Shown one piece after another: positions 45,390 to 53,751 of a stretch of DNA of 64,000 nt (its first letter is position 1; the number at the start of each line of letters is the position of its first letter). Source of the DNA: Candidatus Adlerbacteria bacterium (lineage in GTDB: Bacteria; Patescibacteriota; Minisyncoccia; Phycocordibacterales; SBAW01); the NCBI GenBank assembly GCA_029288895.1, contig JARIGK010000004.1:77621-141620 (forward strand), written 5' to 3'. Both the position numbers and the translations under genes were made by a program. Below the pieces are notes generated by a model. The model was not told where the DNA came from, did no database searches, and was given only the letters and a program-made list of their open reading frames with translations.

Positions 45390-46022
45390 ATGCTGAGCGT
45401 AGAACAAAGGTTTCTTGGTGCCTACAAGGGCGCACTTTTAGAAGCCATCATGCAAGAGGATTCGAAATTCGTACTGGATGCCAAGATCGAATCGCTGTAT
45501 GACTGGCTCAATCTGATGAATTGGGGCAATGTTGAAACTTGCCGCGAGACAGCCTCGCTCATCGAGTTGCCCATTTTATTTTCGTTCCGGTTCCAGCGTA
45601 ACCCTGCGGCGCGTATACGCTTCACTCGGCATCAATTCCGTGATTGCTCGACGGAAGTGCAGCGTGATGCGCACGATTTAGCACTGTTGCGCAGTGCCTA
45701 TCTCGCTGAGTTGCTCTATGGAAAGGGTGAAGAGGAGGCGGTCAGCTTCGTTCTCCGTCAATACGATACGGACTTCCTTTTTACCCGCTCCATCAAGGAG
45801 CTGGAAGAGCGCGCTCCATTACTCGACCTTTCGGGGTTAAAAACACCTCGTACTTGCAAACTGTACATAGAAACGAAGATGTTCAGTGGCGCGTGTTATG
45901 GAGCTGTGCACGGACCCGACTACCTGCATCTTGCCCGGTGGCAAGAAGGCCGCATCGAACACAACCCTTTAGTGAAAGAGGTTGGCCTGAGGCTTTTCAG
46001 GGAAGCGTACGGATACACATAG
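45390..46022 (+). CDS. hypothetical protein (210 aa), cassette 4
   Basis: AGGAGA 6 nt upstream of ATG 45390. The track's longer version (45120) overlaps cassette 3 and crosses hairpin 4, so it is rejected. Confidence 0.45.
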   Translation: MLSVEQRFLGAYKGALLEAIMQEDSKFVLDAKIESLYDWLNLMNWGNVETCRETASLIELPILFSFRFQRNPAARIRFTRHQFRDCSTEVQRDAHDLALLRSAYLAELLYGKGEEEAVSFVLRQYDTDFLFTRSIKELEERAPLLDLSGLKTPRTCKLYIETKMFSGACYGAVHGPDYLHLARWQEGRIEHNPLVKEVGLRLFREAYGYT

Positions 46023-46029
46023 CAGTTCT

Positions 46030-46063
46030 TAAGCGACCCACCCGGGCCGCTTTTTTCTTTTTA
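46030..46063. terminator. cassette hairpin 5: GCGACCC-acc-cGGGCCGC + TTTTTTCTTTTT
   Basis: Imperfect version of the same element, with one mismatch. Confidence 0.55.
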
Positions 46064-46216
46064 TAAAATATGGGGCTGGTGGTAGGGGATTATTGATATT
46101 TTTGAAAAATGTGTTAAAAAAGCTGCAGCTGATGGTAGTGGCATTCCGCCATATCCACTGACAGCTCTTTGTCGTCCAGCCTACCCTGTGCCAATGACGG
46201 GGATGGTTATAGCGCA

Positions 46217-46891
46217 ATGGAGAAACTAATGCGTGCTGTGTCTCGTGACCAAGCGACTAATCTTATTGGGCGTATTGCAACGACTATAAATTTTGGACCT
46301 CTGGATTCCCAATTCGTCCAAAAGGCAATCATCGAAGGCCTCGACGACGAGGAATTCGGTGACAACGTCACCAGCTTTCTCAAGAATGGGGCCAAAAGAG
46401 TCATCGCCCTTCCGAAATCTCTGGACATCAACCATCATCTACGTCCGGAAAACGTAGACCAGGTGTCGCAACTCTGGAAAGGTCCGTTTCCGAGCGATGG
46501 GACTCGAGGTAATGTAGTGGACCACCTTCCAGACTTGCAATCCCTGGAATTTTCCAGAGTTGCCTTTAGTCGTCCAAAAGGGAGCCAGCTCGCTGCTGGT
46601 CATATCTACCAGGAATTAGTGGGGCAAGTGCCGCTCCTTGGCTTTCGGGTAGGGATGGCGCTTATGCGGGACTATAAAGAGCGTGGCAAAGATTCTGCGC
46701 TTGAGTGGTATCGTGCTACCTACGACATTCGGGACATGACATTCATGGGCACAGTCCTGCGCCGACCAAGTGACGGGTACCCATTCTTTTATGGCCTGCA
46801 GCATATAAATAGTGTGTGGGATTGGGGTTCCGTGGGGCTTTGGGATCTCACGTTTTCGGAGCAGGAGGCTATACCTATTTACGTCCCCTAG
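46217..46891 (+). CDS. hypothetical protein (~225 aa), cassette 5
   Basis: Start 46217 or 46229, the latter with GGAGA 6 nt upstream. No recognisable domain. Confidence 0.42.
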   Translation: MEKLMRAVSRDQATNLIGRIATTINFGPLDSQFVQKAIIEGLDDEEFGDNVTSFLKNGAKRVIALPKSLDINHHLRPENVDQVSQLWKGPFPSDGTRGNVVDHLPDLQSLEFSRVAFSRPKGSQLAAGHIYQELVGQVPLLGFRVGMALMRDYKERGKDSALEWYRATYDIRDMTFMGTVLRRPSDGYPFFYGLQHINSVWDWGSVGLWDLTFSEQEAIPIYVP

Positions 46892-46904
46892 AGCTGGGGT
46901 TTGT

Positions 46905-46940
46905 TCGGGCCCGCGGTAAAACGCGGGCCTTTTTTCTTTG
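46905..46940. terminator. cassette hairpin 6: GGCCCGCG-gtaaaa-CGCGGGCC + TTTTTTCTTTG
   Basis: 8-bp GC stem and T-run immediately after the cassette 5 stop. Confidence 0.7.
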
Positions 46941-46942
46941 GT

Positions 46943-46971
46943 TTGACTTATAGGGTGGGGTCGAGTATATT
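46943..46971 (+). promoter_or_regulatory. sigma70-type promoter TTGACT-N17-TATATT upstream of rpsN, followed by short leader hairpin agccc-gttt-gggct + T7 (46979-47000)
   Basis: TTGACT 46943-48, TATATT 46966-71. The attenuator-like hairpin sits right at the predicted 5' end of the transcript. Confidence 0.6.
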
Positions 46972-47083
46972 GATGCCTAGCCCGTTTGGGCTCCTTTTTT
47001 TCGTCAGGTGCCGCTTAGTCGCAAGGCGAGGCAAACCCACGAGATCATAACTCCCTAGGTATAAGGGGAGTAACCATTCAAAA

Positions 47084-47269
47084 ATGGCAAAAAAATCTAC
47101 AATCGCACGCTCTAACAAGACCCCGAAGTTTAAGTCTCGGGTAGTTCGCCGTTGCTTCCGCTGCGGCCGCAAGCGCGCCTTTATGCGTGATTTCGGCATG
47201 TGCCGCGCATGCTTCCGCGAAGCTGCTAACGAAGGCCTTATCCCTGGCGTCCGCAAATCATCTTGGTAA
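47084..47269 (+). CDS. rpsN: 30S ribosomal protein S14 type Z (zinc-binding)
   Basis: 61 aa with '[23 protein letters not shown]' C4 zinc motif. Confidence 0.95.
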   Translation: MAKKSTIARSNKTPKFKSRVVRRCFRCGRKRAFMRDFGMCRACFREAANEGLIPGVRKSSW

Positions 47270-47272
47270 TTT

Positions 47273-47662
47273 ATGGTAACTGACCCTATCTCAGACTTGA
47301 TCGTCCGCATCCAGAACGCGTCTCGCGCAAAGAAGACGTCGGTCTCTTTGCCATTCTCGAAGATGAAGTTGGCTGTCGCAGAAGTCCTTGAACAGGAGGG
47401 CTATATCGGCGGCATCGACAAGAAGGCAAGCAAGGAAGGCGTTCTCTCATTCGAACTTTCCTACAAAAACGGCACTCCGGCAGTTAATGGCGTTAAGCGT
47501 ATCTCGAAGCCATCGCGCCGCATGTACGCAAGCGTCCACGACATCAAGCCGGTAAAGCGCGGCTACGGCCTCGTTGTCCTTTCGACCCCGGCAGGCATCT
47601 TGTCTGGTAAGGCTGCAAAGCAGAAGAATGTCGGCGGCGAAATCCTGTTCGAAATCTGGTAA
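47273..47662 (+). CDS. rpsH: 30S ribosomal protein S8
   Basis: 'DPISDLIVRIQNA' uS8 N-terminus. Confidence 0.95.
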   Translation: MVTDPISDLIVRIQNASRAKKTSVSLPFSKMKLAVAEVLEQEGYIGGIDKKASKEGVLSFELSYKNGTPAVNGVKRISKPSRRMYASVHDIKPVKRGYGLVVLSTPAGILSGKAAKQKNVGGEILFEIW

Positions 47663-47666
47663 TCAT

Positions 47667-48197
47667 ATGTCACGTCTTGCAAAACAACCTATCGTCCCCG
47701 GCAAAGCTGAAGTCAGCGTGTCTGGTGATGTCATTTCAGTAAAAGGCCCTAAGGGCACGCTCACGAAGCCTACCCACCGCCTCGTCAATGTTGAAGTTGG
47801 CGCAGACGGTGTCCAGGTCTCGGTCCGCGGTGCATCGCTTGAAGCAAAGGCACTCGTTGGCACCTACGCATCGCATGTCAAAAACATGATCAAGGGTGTC
47901 ACCGAAGGCTACACCAAGAAGCTCCTCATCGAAGGTGTCGGCTACAAGTGGGACGTCCAAGGCAAAAAGCTCAACTTGGCGCTTGGCTTCTCGCACCCTG
48001 TGTCCGTTGATATCCCAGAAGGCCTTACCGTCAAAGCAGACAAGGGCGCACTTACCATCGAAGGCCACGACAAAGAAGCAGTAGGCCAGTTCGCGGCAAA
48101 CATCCGCGCCATGAAGAAGCCGGAGCCGTACAAGGGTAAGGGTATCCGCTACGAAGGGGAAGTTATCCGCCGCAAGCAGGGTAAGAAGGCAGCATAA
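47667..48197 (+). CDS. rplF: 50S ribosomal protein L6
   Basis: 'MSRLAKQPIVPGKAEVSVSGDVISVKGPKGTL' uL6. ATG 47667 follows the rpsH stop. Confidence 0.94.
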   Translation: MSRLAKQPIVPGKAEVSVSGDVISVKGPKGTLTKPTHRLVNVEVGADGVQVSVRGASLEAKALVGTYASHVKNMIKGVTEGYTKKLLIEGVGYKWDVQGKKLNLALGFSHPVSVDIPEGLTVKADKGALTIEGHDKEAVGQFAANIRAMKKPEPYKGKGIRYEGEVIRRKQGKKAA

Positions 48198-48208
48198 CGA
48201 ATTGATTT

Positions 48209-48511
48209 ATGGATAAACGCACACGCCGCCACAATCGCATACGCGCAAAAGTACAGGGCACAACAGAACGCCCTCGCCTTGCTGTGTACAAATCTAACCG
48301 CTATATGGAAGCGCAGATCATTGATGATACGAAGGGCCACACCTTGGCATCTGCAAAGATGGATGATGCTGCAAAGGCAGGCGCAGAAGTTGCCAAGAAG
48401 GCAAAGGCAGCAGGTGTCACACGCGTTGTGTTCGACCGCGGTGGCTTCCGCTACACTGGTCGTGTCGCAGCATTGGCAGAGGCAGCACGTGCGGCAGGTC
48501 TTGAATTCTAG
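48209..48511 (+). CDS. rplR: 50S ribosomal protein L18
   Basis: '[34 protein letters not shown]' uL18. Confidence 0.93.
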   Translation: MDKRTRRHNRIRAKVQGTTERPRLAVYKSNRYMEAQIIDDTKGHTLASAKMDDAAKAGAEVAKKAKAAGVTRVVFDRGGFRYTGRVAALAEAARAAGLEF

Positions 48512-48525
48512 TACTCAAACTTTAT

Positions 48526-49119
48526 ATGGCTGAAAACGAAAACACACAGGTAATAGAAACCACAGAAGCTGCAGCGCCTGCTGCAGATGCTTCGAGCGCG
48601 CCTCGCAATGACCGCGGTCCTCGCGGCCGTGGTGGCCGTGGAGGCGACCGTGGTGGCCGCCGCCCGTCGTCGCGCCCTCCTCGCCCGAAAAGCGAGTTCG
48701 ATCAGCGCATGATCAACATCCGCCGCGTCGCCCGCGTCGTTGCCGGTGGCCGCCGCTTCTCATTCTCAGTTGCGATTATCATCGGCAACAAGAAGGGCAA
48801 AGTTGGCGTAGGCTTGGGCAAAGCAGGGGACACCACCTTGGCAATCGACAAGGCAGTCCGCGATGCAAAGAAGAACATGATCACCGTATCGCTCACCAAA
48901 GACAACTCAATCGCACACGAAGTGTCGGCAAAGTACAACGCAGCACGCGTGACCATGATGCCAGCACACGGCCGCGGGTTGGTCGCAGGCTCATCAGTTC
49001 GCCCAGTGCTCGAGCTTGCTGGTGTCACTAACATCGTCGCAAAGATCCACTCTGGCTCGAAGAATGGTTTGAACAACGCACGCGCAGCAGTCGAAGCGCT
49101 CAAGAACCTCAAGGCGTAA
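48526..49119 (+). CDS. rpsE: 30S ribosomal protein S5 (with Arg/Gly-rich N-terminal extension)
   Basis: 'INIRRVARVVAGGRRFSFSVAIIIGNKKGKVGVGLGKA' uS5 dsRBD-like domain. Confidence 0.94.
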   Translation: MAENENTQVIETTEAAAPAADASSAPRNDRGPRGRGGRGGDRGGRRPSSRPPRPKSEFDQRMINIRRVARVVAGGRRFSFSVAIIIGNKKGKVGVGLGKAGDTTLAIDKAVRDAKKNMITVSLTKDNSIAHEVSAKYNAARVTMMPAHGRGLVAGSSVRPVLELAGVTNIVAKIHSGSKNGLNNARAAVEALKNLKA

Positions 49120-49132
49120 TCTCTAACACTAT

Positions 49133-49576
49133 ATGCAGCTCCACGAACTCAAACGCAAAACAGAAAACAAGACCGCAAAGCGCGTCGGTCGCGGCGGTGG
49201 CCGTGGTAAGACCTCGGGCCGCGGTACCAAGGGTCAGAACGCACGTTCAGGCCACAAGAAGCGCCCAGAAATCCGCGAAATCTTGAAGAAGCTTCCAAAG
49301 CGTCGCGGTCGCGGTATCGCGGGCCTCGTCTCTATCCAGAGCAAGCCGCTTGTCGTAAACATCTCGTCGCTCGAAGTCGCATTCAAGGCAGGTGATGTTG
49401 TAAACCCAACAACCCTCCTCGAGCGTGGCCTTATCCGCGCACGTAAAGGCGACGCAACTCCAAAGGTAAAAATTTTGGGCAATGGTGAAATCACCAAAAA
49501 GCTCACATTCTCGGGTGTTGTTATCTCGGGCTCTGCAAAGGAAAAGATAGAAAAAGCGGGCGGTTCGGTAGCGTAA
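49133..49576 (+). CDS. rplO: 50S ribosomal protein L15
   Basis: 'LKRKTENKTAKRVGRGGGRGKTSGRGTKGQ' uL15. It follows rpsE directly, with no L30 gene. Confidence 0.93.
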   Translation: MQLHELKRKTENKTAKRVGRGGGRGKTSGRGTKGQNARSGHKKRPEIREILKKLPKRRGRGIAGLVSIQSKPLVVNISSLEVAFKAGDVVNPTTLLERGLIRARKGDATPKVKILGNGEITKKLTFSGVVISGSAKEKIEKAGGSVA

Positions 49577-49582
49577 ACCTCT

Positions 49583-50845
49583 ATGCTTCAAAAACTCACA
49601 CTGCTTTTGACCGACAAGCTTCTCCGCAACCGGCTGCTCTTTGTGCTGGGTGCCTTGGCTGTGTTCCGCGTGCTTGCAAGCATCCCGATCCCAGGCATCA
49701 ACGCACAGCAGTTGCAGCTGTTTTTCGCAAATAACCAATTCTTTGGCCTCTTGAACTTGTTCTCAGGCGGCGGCCTCTCGAACCTTTCGCTCGTACTCTT
49801 GGGCGTTGGCCCCTACATCACTGCGTCGATTATCTTGCAGCTCCTTACTATGATGGTGCCGTCGCTCAAGGCGCTCTATCAAGAAGAAGGGGAGGCAGGC
49901 CGCGTCAAGTTTAGCCAGTACACTCGTTTTCTTACACTCCCAGTGGCCGTGGTGCAGGGCATTAGCTTCTTGCTTATCCTCCAGCGCGAAGGCGTTATGC
50001 CGGGCCTTTCGTCCTTCCAGTTTGGTATTAACTTGCTCGTCATTGTTGCGGGCTCATTGCTGTTGATGTGGCTTGGCGAGCTCATCTCGGAGTTTGGGTT
50101 GGGCAACGGCGTTTCGGTCCTTATCTTTGCCGGTATCGTTGCACGCTTGCCGCAGGATGCATCACAGGCACTCTTTGCATTTAACTCGAGCCAGCTCCCG
50201 GTCTACTTGGGATTCATCGCAGCAGCAGTTGCTGTCGTGGCGGCCGTTGTCGTTGTCACAGAAGCAGAGCGTCCAGTGCCGGTGACGTACGCTAAGCGCG
50301 TGCGCGGTATGAAGTTCTTTGGCGGCGCTTCGACCTACTTGCCACTTCGTTTGAACCAGGCAGGCGTGATCCCGATTATCTTCGCACTCTCGCTCTTGCT
50401 TATCCCGCAGATGGCAGCAACTTTCTTCCAGACCTCGCACATCGCATGGTTGGCCACTGCTGCAAGCGCTGTCTTGCACACCTTCCAGAATTTGGCAGTG
50501 TACGGCGCACTCTACTTTGTGCTCGTCTTCCTCTTTACCTACTTCTACACCGCAGTCACGTTCGACCCGCATCAGATCTCTGAGAACTTGCAGAAGAACG
50601 GCGCATTTATCCCAGGTGTCCGCCCGGGCCAGTCCACCATGGAACACTTGGGCCGCGTTATCACACGCATCACCTTCGTCGGCGCATTGTTCCTCGGCGT
50701 TATCGCAGTCTTGCCGATCGCTATGCAGTCGCTCACCGGCATCCAGTCGCTTGCCCTCGGCGGCACCGCACTCTTGATCGTTGTCTCTGTCATCTTGGAC
50801 CTCGCGCGCCGCATTGACGCGCAGATCTCAATCCGCGAATATTAA
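49583..50845 (+). CDS. secY: preprotein translocase subunit SecY
   Basis: 10-TM protein. 'GVGPYITASIILQLLTMMVPSL' is SecY TM2 and 'NGVSVLIFAGIVARLP' matches. Confidence 0.95.
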   Translation: MLQKLTLLLTDKLLRNRLLFVLGALAVFRVLASIPIPGINAQQLQLFFANNQFFGLLNLFSGGGLSNLSLVLLGVGPYITASIILQLLTMMVPSLKALYQEEGEAGRVKFSQYTRFLTLPVAVVQGISFLLILQREGVMPGLSSFQFGINLLVIVAGSLLLMWLGELISEFGLGNGVSVLIFAGIVARLPQDASQALFAFNSSQLPVYLGFIAAAVAVVAAVVVVTEAERPVPVTYAKRVRGMKFFGGASTYLPLRLNQAGVIPIIFALSLLLIPQMAATFFQTSHIAWLATAASAVLHTFQNLAVYGALYFVLVFLFTYFYTAVTFDPHQISENLQKNGAFIPGVRPGQSTMEHLGRVITRITFVGALFLGVIAVLPIAMQSLTGIQSLALGGTALLIVVSVILDLARRIDAQISIREY

Positions 50846-50849
50846 GCAA

Positions 50850-51266
50850 ATGGGAAAGACTGTCGACATCCACAAGGCTGCCGGCGTTCTATTGAAAGAT
50901 AGAAAGTTCCTTATCACGCGCACACGTGGCAAGGAATTTTTTATTGCACCGGGTGGGCGGCTTGAAGCAGGGGAGAGTGTGACCGATGCTCTCATTCGCG
51001 AACTGAAAGAAGAGCTTTCAATCGATACAAAAGCTGAAGATTTTGAAGTGTTGGGCACGTTTTATGCCCCGGCAGCAGGCGCGGAAGACAAATATCTCCA
51101 GAGCGATGTTTTTATCGTCAAACATTGGGCGGGCGAAATTATACCTGCTGCAGAAGTAGAAGAAGTGAAATGGATCGATTCAAATATGCCAGAAGGCTTG
51201 GTGCTCGGCTCAATATTTTTACATGATGTTCTGCCCGCTCTTAAAGAGCGCAATCTTATTGACTAG
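50850..51266 (+). CDS. NUDIX hydrolase
   Basis: Nudix box 'GGRLEAGESVTDALIRELKEELS' (GX5EX7REUXEEXGU). Start at ATG 50850. Confidence 0.85.
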   Translation: MGKTVDIHKAAGVLLKDRKFLITRTRGKEFFIAPGGRLEAGESVTDALIRELKEELSIDTKAEDFEVLGTFYAPAAGAEDKYLQSDVFIVKHWAGEIIPAAEVEEVKWIDSNMPEGLVLGSIFLHDVLPALKERNLID

Positions 51267-51269
51267 TAT

Positions 51270-51842
51270 ATGAAAGGGAAACTTATTTTAGTGGTGAGTC
51301 CGGCGGGTGGTGGGAAAAGTACGCTGCTCAAATATCTCCGCGAGCAGATGCCGGATATTGTGTTTCCAGTGTCGTGCACGACGCGCCCTATGCGTCCAGG
51401 CGAGGTAGAAGGCGCGGTCTACCATTTCATCAGTGACGAGGAGTTCCAGAAGCGTGCAGCAAATAACGAATTTTTGGAATGGGTCTATACCGACGGCAAA
51501 CGCTACGGCACGCTTAAATCAGAAATCGTCCCGCCTGTAGAGGCAGGCAAAACTGTCGTGCGCGAAATTGACATCAAAGGCCTCTACAAAATTGAAGAGA
51601 TTTTGCCGAAAGAAAATGTGCGCACTATCTACATTGATGCGGGCACGTGGGATGATTTGGAAAAGCGCATCGTCGCCCGCGCCCCAATAGAGCAGACCGA
51701 ACTTGCTTCGCGTCGCGCACGTTTCGAAGCAGAGGCACCATTTAAAGATCATGCCGACATTGTCGTTAAAAACCCCGATGGTGGGCTCGAGCAGGCAAAG
51801 CAGGATTTTATTGCAGCAGTCAAAACACTCGCGGTGGCGTAG
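51270..51842 (+). CDS. gmk: guanylate kinase
   Basis: P-loop 'SPAGGGKST', 'CTTRPMRPGEVEGAVYHFIS' and 'EF' guanylate kinase signature. Confidence 0.88.
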   Translation: MKGKLILVVSPAGGGKSTLLKYLREQMPDIVFPVSCTTRPMRPGEVEGAVYHFISDEEFQKRAANNEFLEWVYTDGKRYGTLKSEIVPPVEAGKTVVREIDIKGLYKIEEILPKENVRTIYIDAGTWDDLEKRIVARAPIEQTELASRRARFEAEAPFKDHADIVVKNPDGGLEQAKQDFIAAVKTLAVA

Positions 51843-51857
51843 TGTACAATACAAAAC

Positions 51858-52448
51858 GTGGAAAAACAGACACTCATATTTTTAGGTCCGCAGGGTTCGG
51901 GAAAGGGTACACAGATACAGCTTTTAAAAGAATATCTCCAGAAGAACGATTCAACTCGTGCGGTATTTGAATTTGGTATGGGGCAAGGACTGCGTGAGCT
52001 CGCAACCTCTCCTAGTTTTGCAGGAAAGAAGACCGACTCTATCTTAAAGAACGGAGGTCTTATCCCGTATGCAATCTCGTGCAGCGTATTCACCCAGTTC
52101 TTGATGAATAATTATTCTGGGGAAGAGCATCTGATTATTGATGGCTTCCCACGAACCGCCGACCAAGTGCCTGCGCTCGATTCAGCGCTCGAGTTTTTCG
52201 AAGCAAAGCCGATAACCGTGGTGTGTATAAATATTTCTGATGAAGAAGCAGTGACGCGCTTACTGAAGCGTGGGCGCAGCGATGACACAGAAGAGGCAAT
52301 ACGAAAGCGCCTTGCATGGTCGCGCAAAGATACTATGCCTAACATTGCCTGGTTTAAGACAGCGCCTAACTACCGCGTACTCGAAATAGATGGCGCACGC
52401 TCTGTCGAAGAAATTCAGAAAGACATCATCACACAGCTCGGGCTCTAA
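51858..52448 (+). CDS. adk: adenylate kinase (short, no Zn lid)
   Basis: 'LIFLGPQGSGKGTQ' P-loop and 'LIIDGFPRTADQ'. Confidence 0.9.
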   Translation: MEKQTLIFLGPQGSGKGTQIQLLKEYLQKNDSTRAVFEFGMGQGLRELATSPSFAGKKTDSILKNGGLIPYAISCSVFTQFLMNNYSGEEHLIIDGFPRTADQVPALDSALEFFEAKPITVVCINISDEEAVTRLLKRGRSDDTEEAIRKRLAWSRKDTMPNIAWFKTAPNYRVLEIDGARSVEEIQKDIITQLGL

Positions 52449-52453
52449 CGTAT

Positions 52454-53218
52454 ATGATCGCAAAAACAAAAGAAGATTACGAAGGATTGCGCATGTCGGG
52501 CAAAATTTTGTCTGGCGCATTGAAAGAAACTGCCAAGTTGGTAAAGGCGGGAGTTTCGACTGCGCAGCTTGATTTGGCAGCCGATGAATATATCCGCGCG
52601 CACGGTGGTGTGCCTGCATTCCTCAACTACAAGCCCTCTGGTGCCTCGTACCCATTTCCAGCAGCGCTCTGCGTTTCTGTAAACGACGAAGTCGTGCACG
52701 GCATACCGCGCGAAGATGTTGTATTGGAAGATGGCGACATCATTACGCTCGACCTTGGAGTGAACTACAACGGCTACTTTACTGACTCTGCAATTTCTGT
52801 GGCAGTGGGGGAGGCAACAAAAGAAACACAGCGTTTTTTTGATGCGGGCCGCGAAGCGCTTTCGGCTGGCATTAAAGCGGCGAAGGCAAACGGCCACACC
52901 GGCGACATTGGTGCGGCGGTGGAGGCGGTAGTCCGCCGCTATGGCTACAGTGTTGTTGAAGAGTTGGGCGGCCACGCAGTAGGCGGCGGTGTGCACGAAA
53001 AACCTTTTATAGAAAATACGGGCACTGCGGGCACGGGCGAAGTCATGCCCGAAGGCTTGGTTATTGCCATTGAGCCAATTGTGGCAGAAGGCAAAGGTAG
53101 CATTGTCATAGAAGATGACGAATGGACCTACTCGACAGAAGACGGCTCGCGCGCCTGCCACTTTGAACAAACCATCATTCTCACCAAAGACGGTGCAGAG
53201 ATAATCACACCGTTTTAA
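52454..53218 (+). CDS. map: type I methionine aminopeptidase
   Basis: 'VVHGIPRE', 'DIITLDLGV', 'GHAVGGGVHE' and 'LVIAIEP' metal-ligand motifs. Confidence 0.93.
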   Translation: MIAKTKEDYEGLRMSGKILSGALKETAKLVKAGVSTAQLDLAADEYIRAHGGVPAFLNYKPSGASYPFPAALCVSVNDEVVHGIPREDVVLEDGDIITLDLGVNYNGYFTDSAISVAVGEATKETQRFFDAGREALSAGIKAAKANGHTGDIGAAVEAVVRRYGYSVVEELGGHAVGGGVHEKPFIENTGTAGTGEVMPEGLVIAIEPIVAEGKGSIVIEDDEWTYSTEDGSRACHFEQTIILTKDGAEIITPF

Positions 53219-53700
53219 AGGGCGCCTTTGATGTGTGCGTAGAGCGCGCACAACCCAACAAGAAATACACCGTACTCAATAAACGCCACCGGGGTGGGGC
53301 GGAAGTAATACGCAATAACCCAATGCTCGCGCGGCTCTTTTTTGGGAGCAAGAAATTGGAATCGTCGTTTTGAAAACGGCCATAGCCATGCGATGCCCCA
53401 GCCCAAACCAATCGTGTCGTGTATAAGATGCATCGCAATACACAAAAGTAAAAGTGTGCAGATTATGGGCCCTGCAAAGAAATAGACGAGCGCGATGATG
53501 GGCACCCACACGAGCGGGTAGTGAGGGTACGTACGGTGGTCGTGATACGTTGACCTCGAAGCGAGATACCAGAGCATGTCGACGTCGGGCAAAAGAGCAA
53601 AGATAACCCCGAGCGCAATGAACGATGGTGTCGTGGGCACAGAAAAGAGATGTGCGGTGGCGAGTGAGAGCATGATCCCAAACCCTATATCGAGCGGCAT
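53215..53700 (-). CDS. membrane-bound metal-dependent hydrolase (DUF457/YdjM-like)
   Basis: Start at Met 53700 (MPLDIGFGIML...). Four TM helices with 'HLIHD' and 'HDHRTYPH' His clusters. The upstream part of the 396-aa track ORF is antisense to ndk and is rejected. Confidence 0.6.
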   Translation of the reverse strand: MPLDIGFGIMLSLATAHLFSVPTTPSFIALGVIFALLPDVDMLWYLASRSTYHDHRTYPHYPLVWVPIIALVYFFAGPIICTLLLLCIAMHLIHDTIGLGWGIAWLWPFSKRRFQFLAPKKEPREHWVIAYYFRPTPVAFIEYGVFLVGLCALYAHIKGAL

Positions 53701-53751
53701 GCGTCCAGTATAACAGTTGCTAAATTCCTCATATATTGTAGAGTTAGCGCC

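Noticed and set aside
52445-53251. 268-aa minus ORF antisense to map
   Set aside because: Shadow ORF. map on the + strand has all its metal-ligand motifs.
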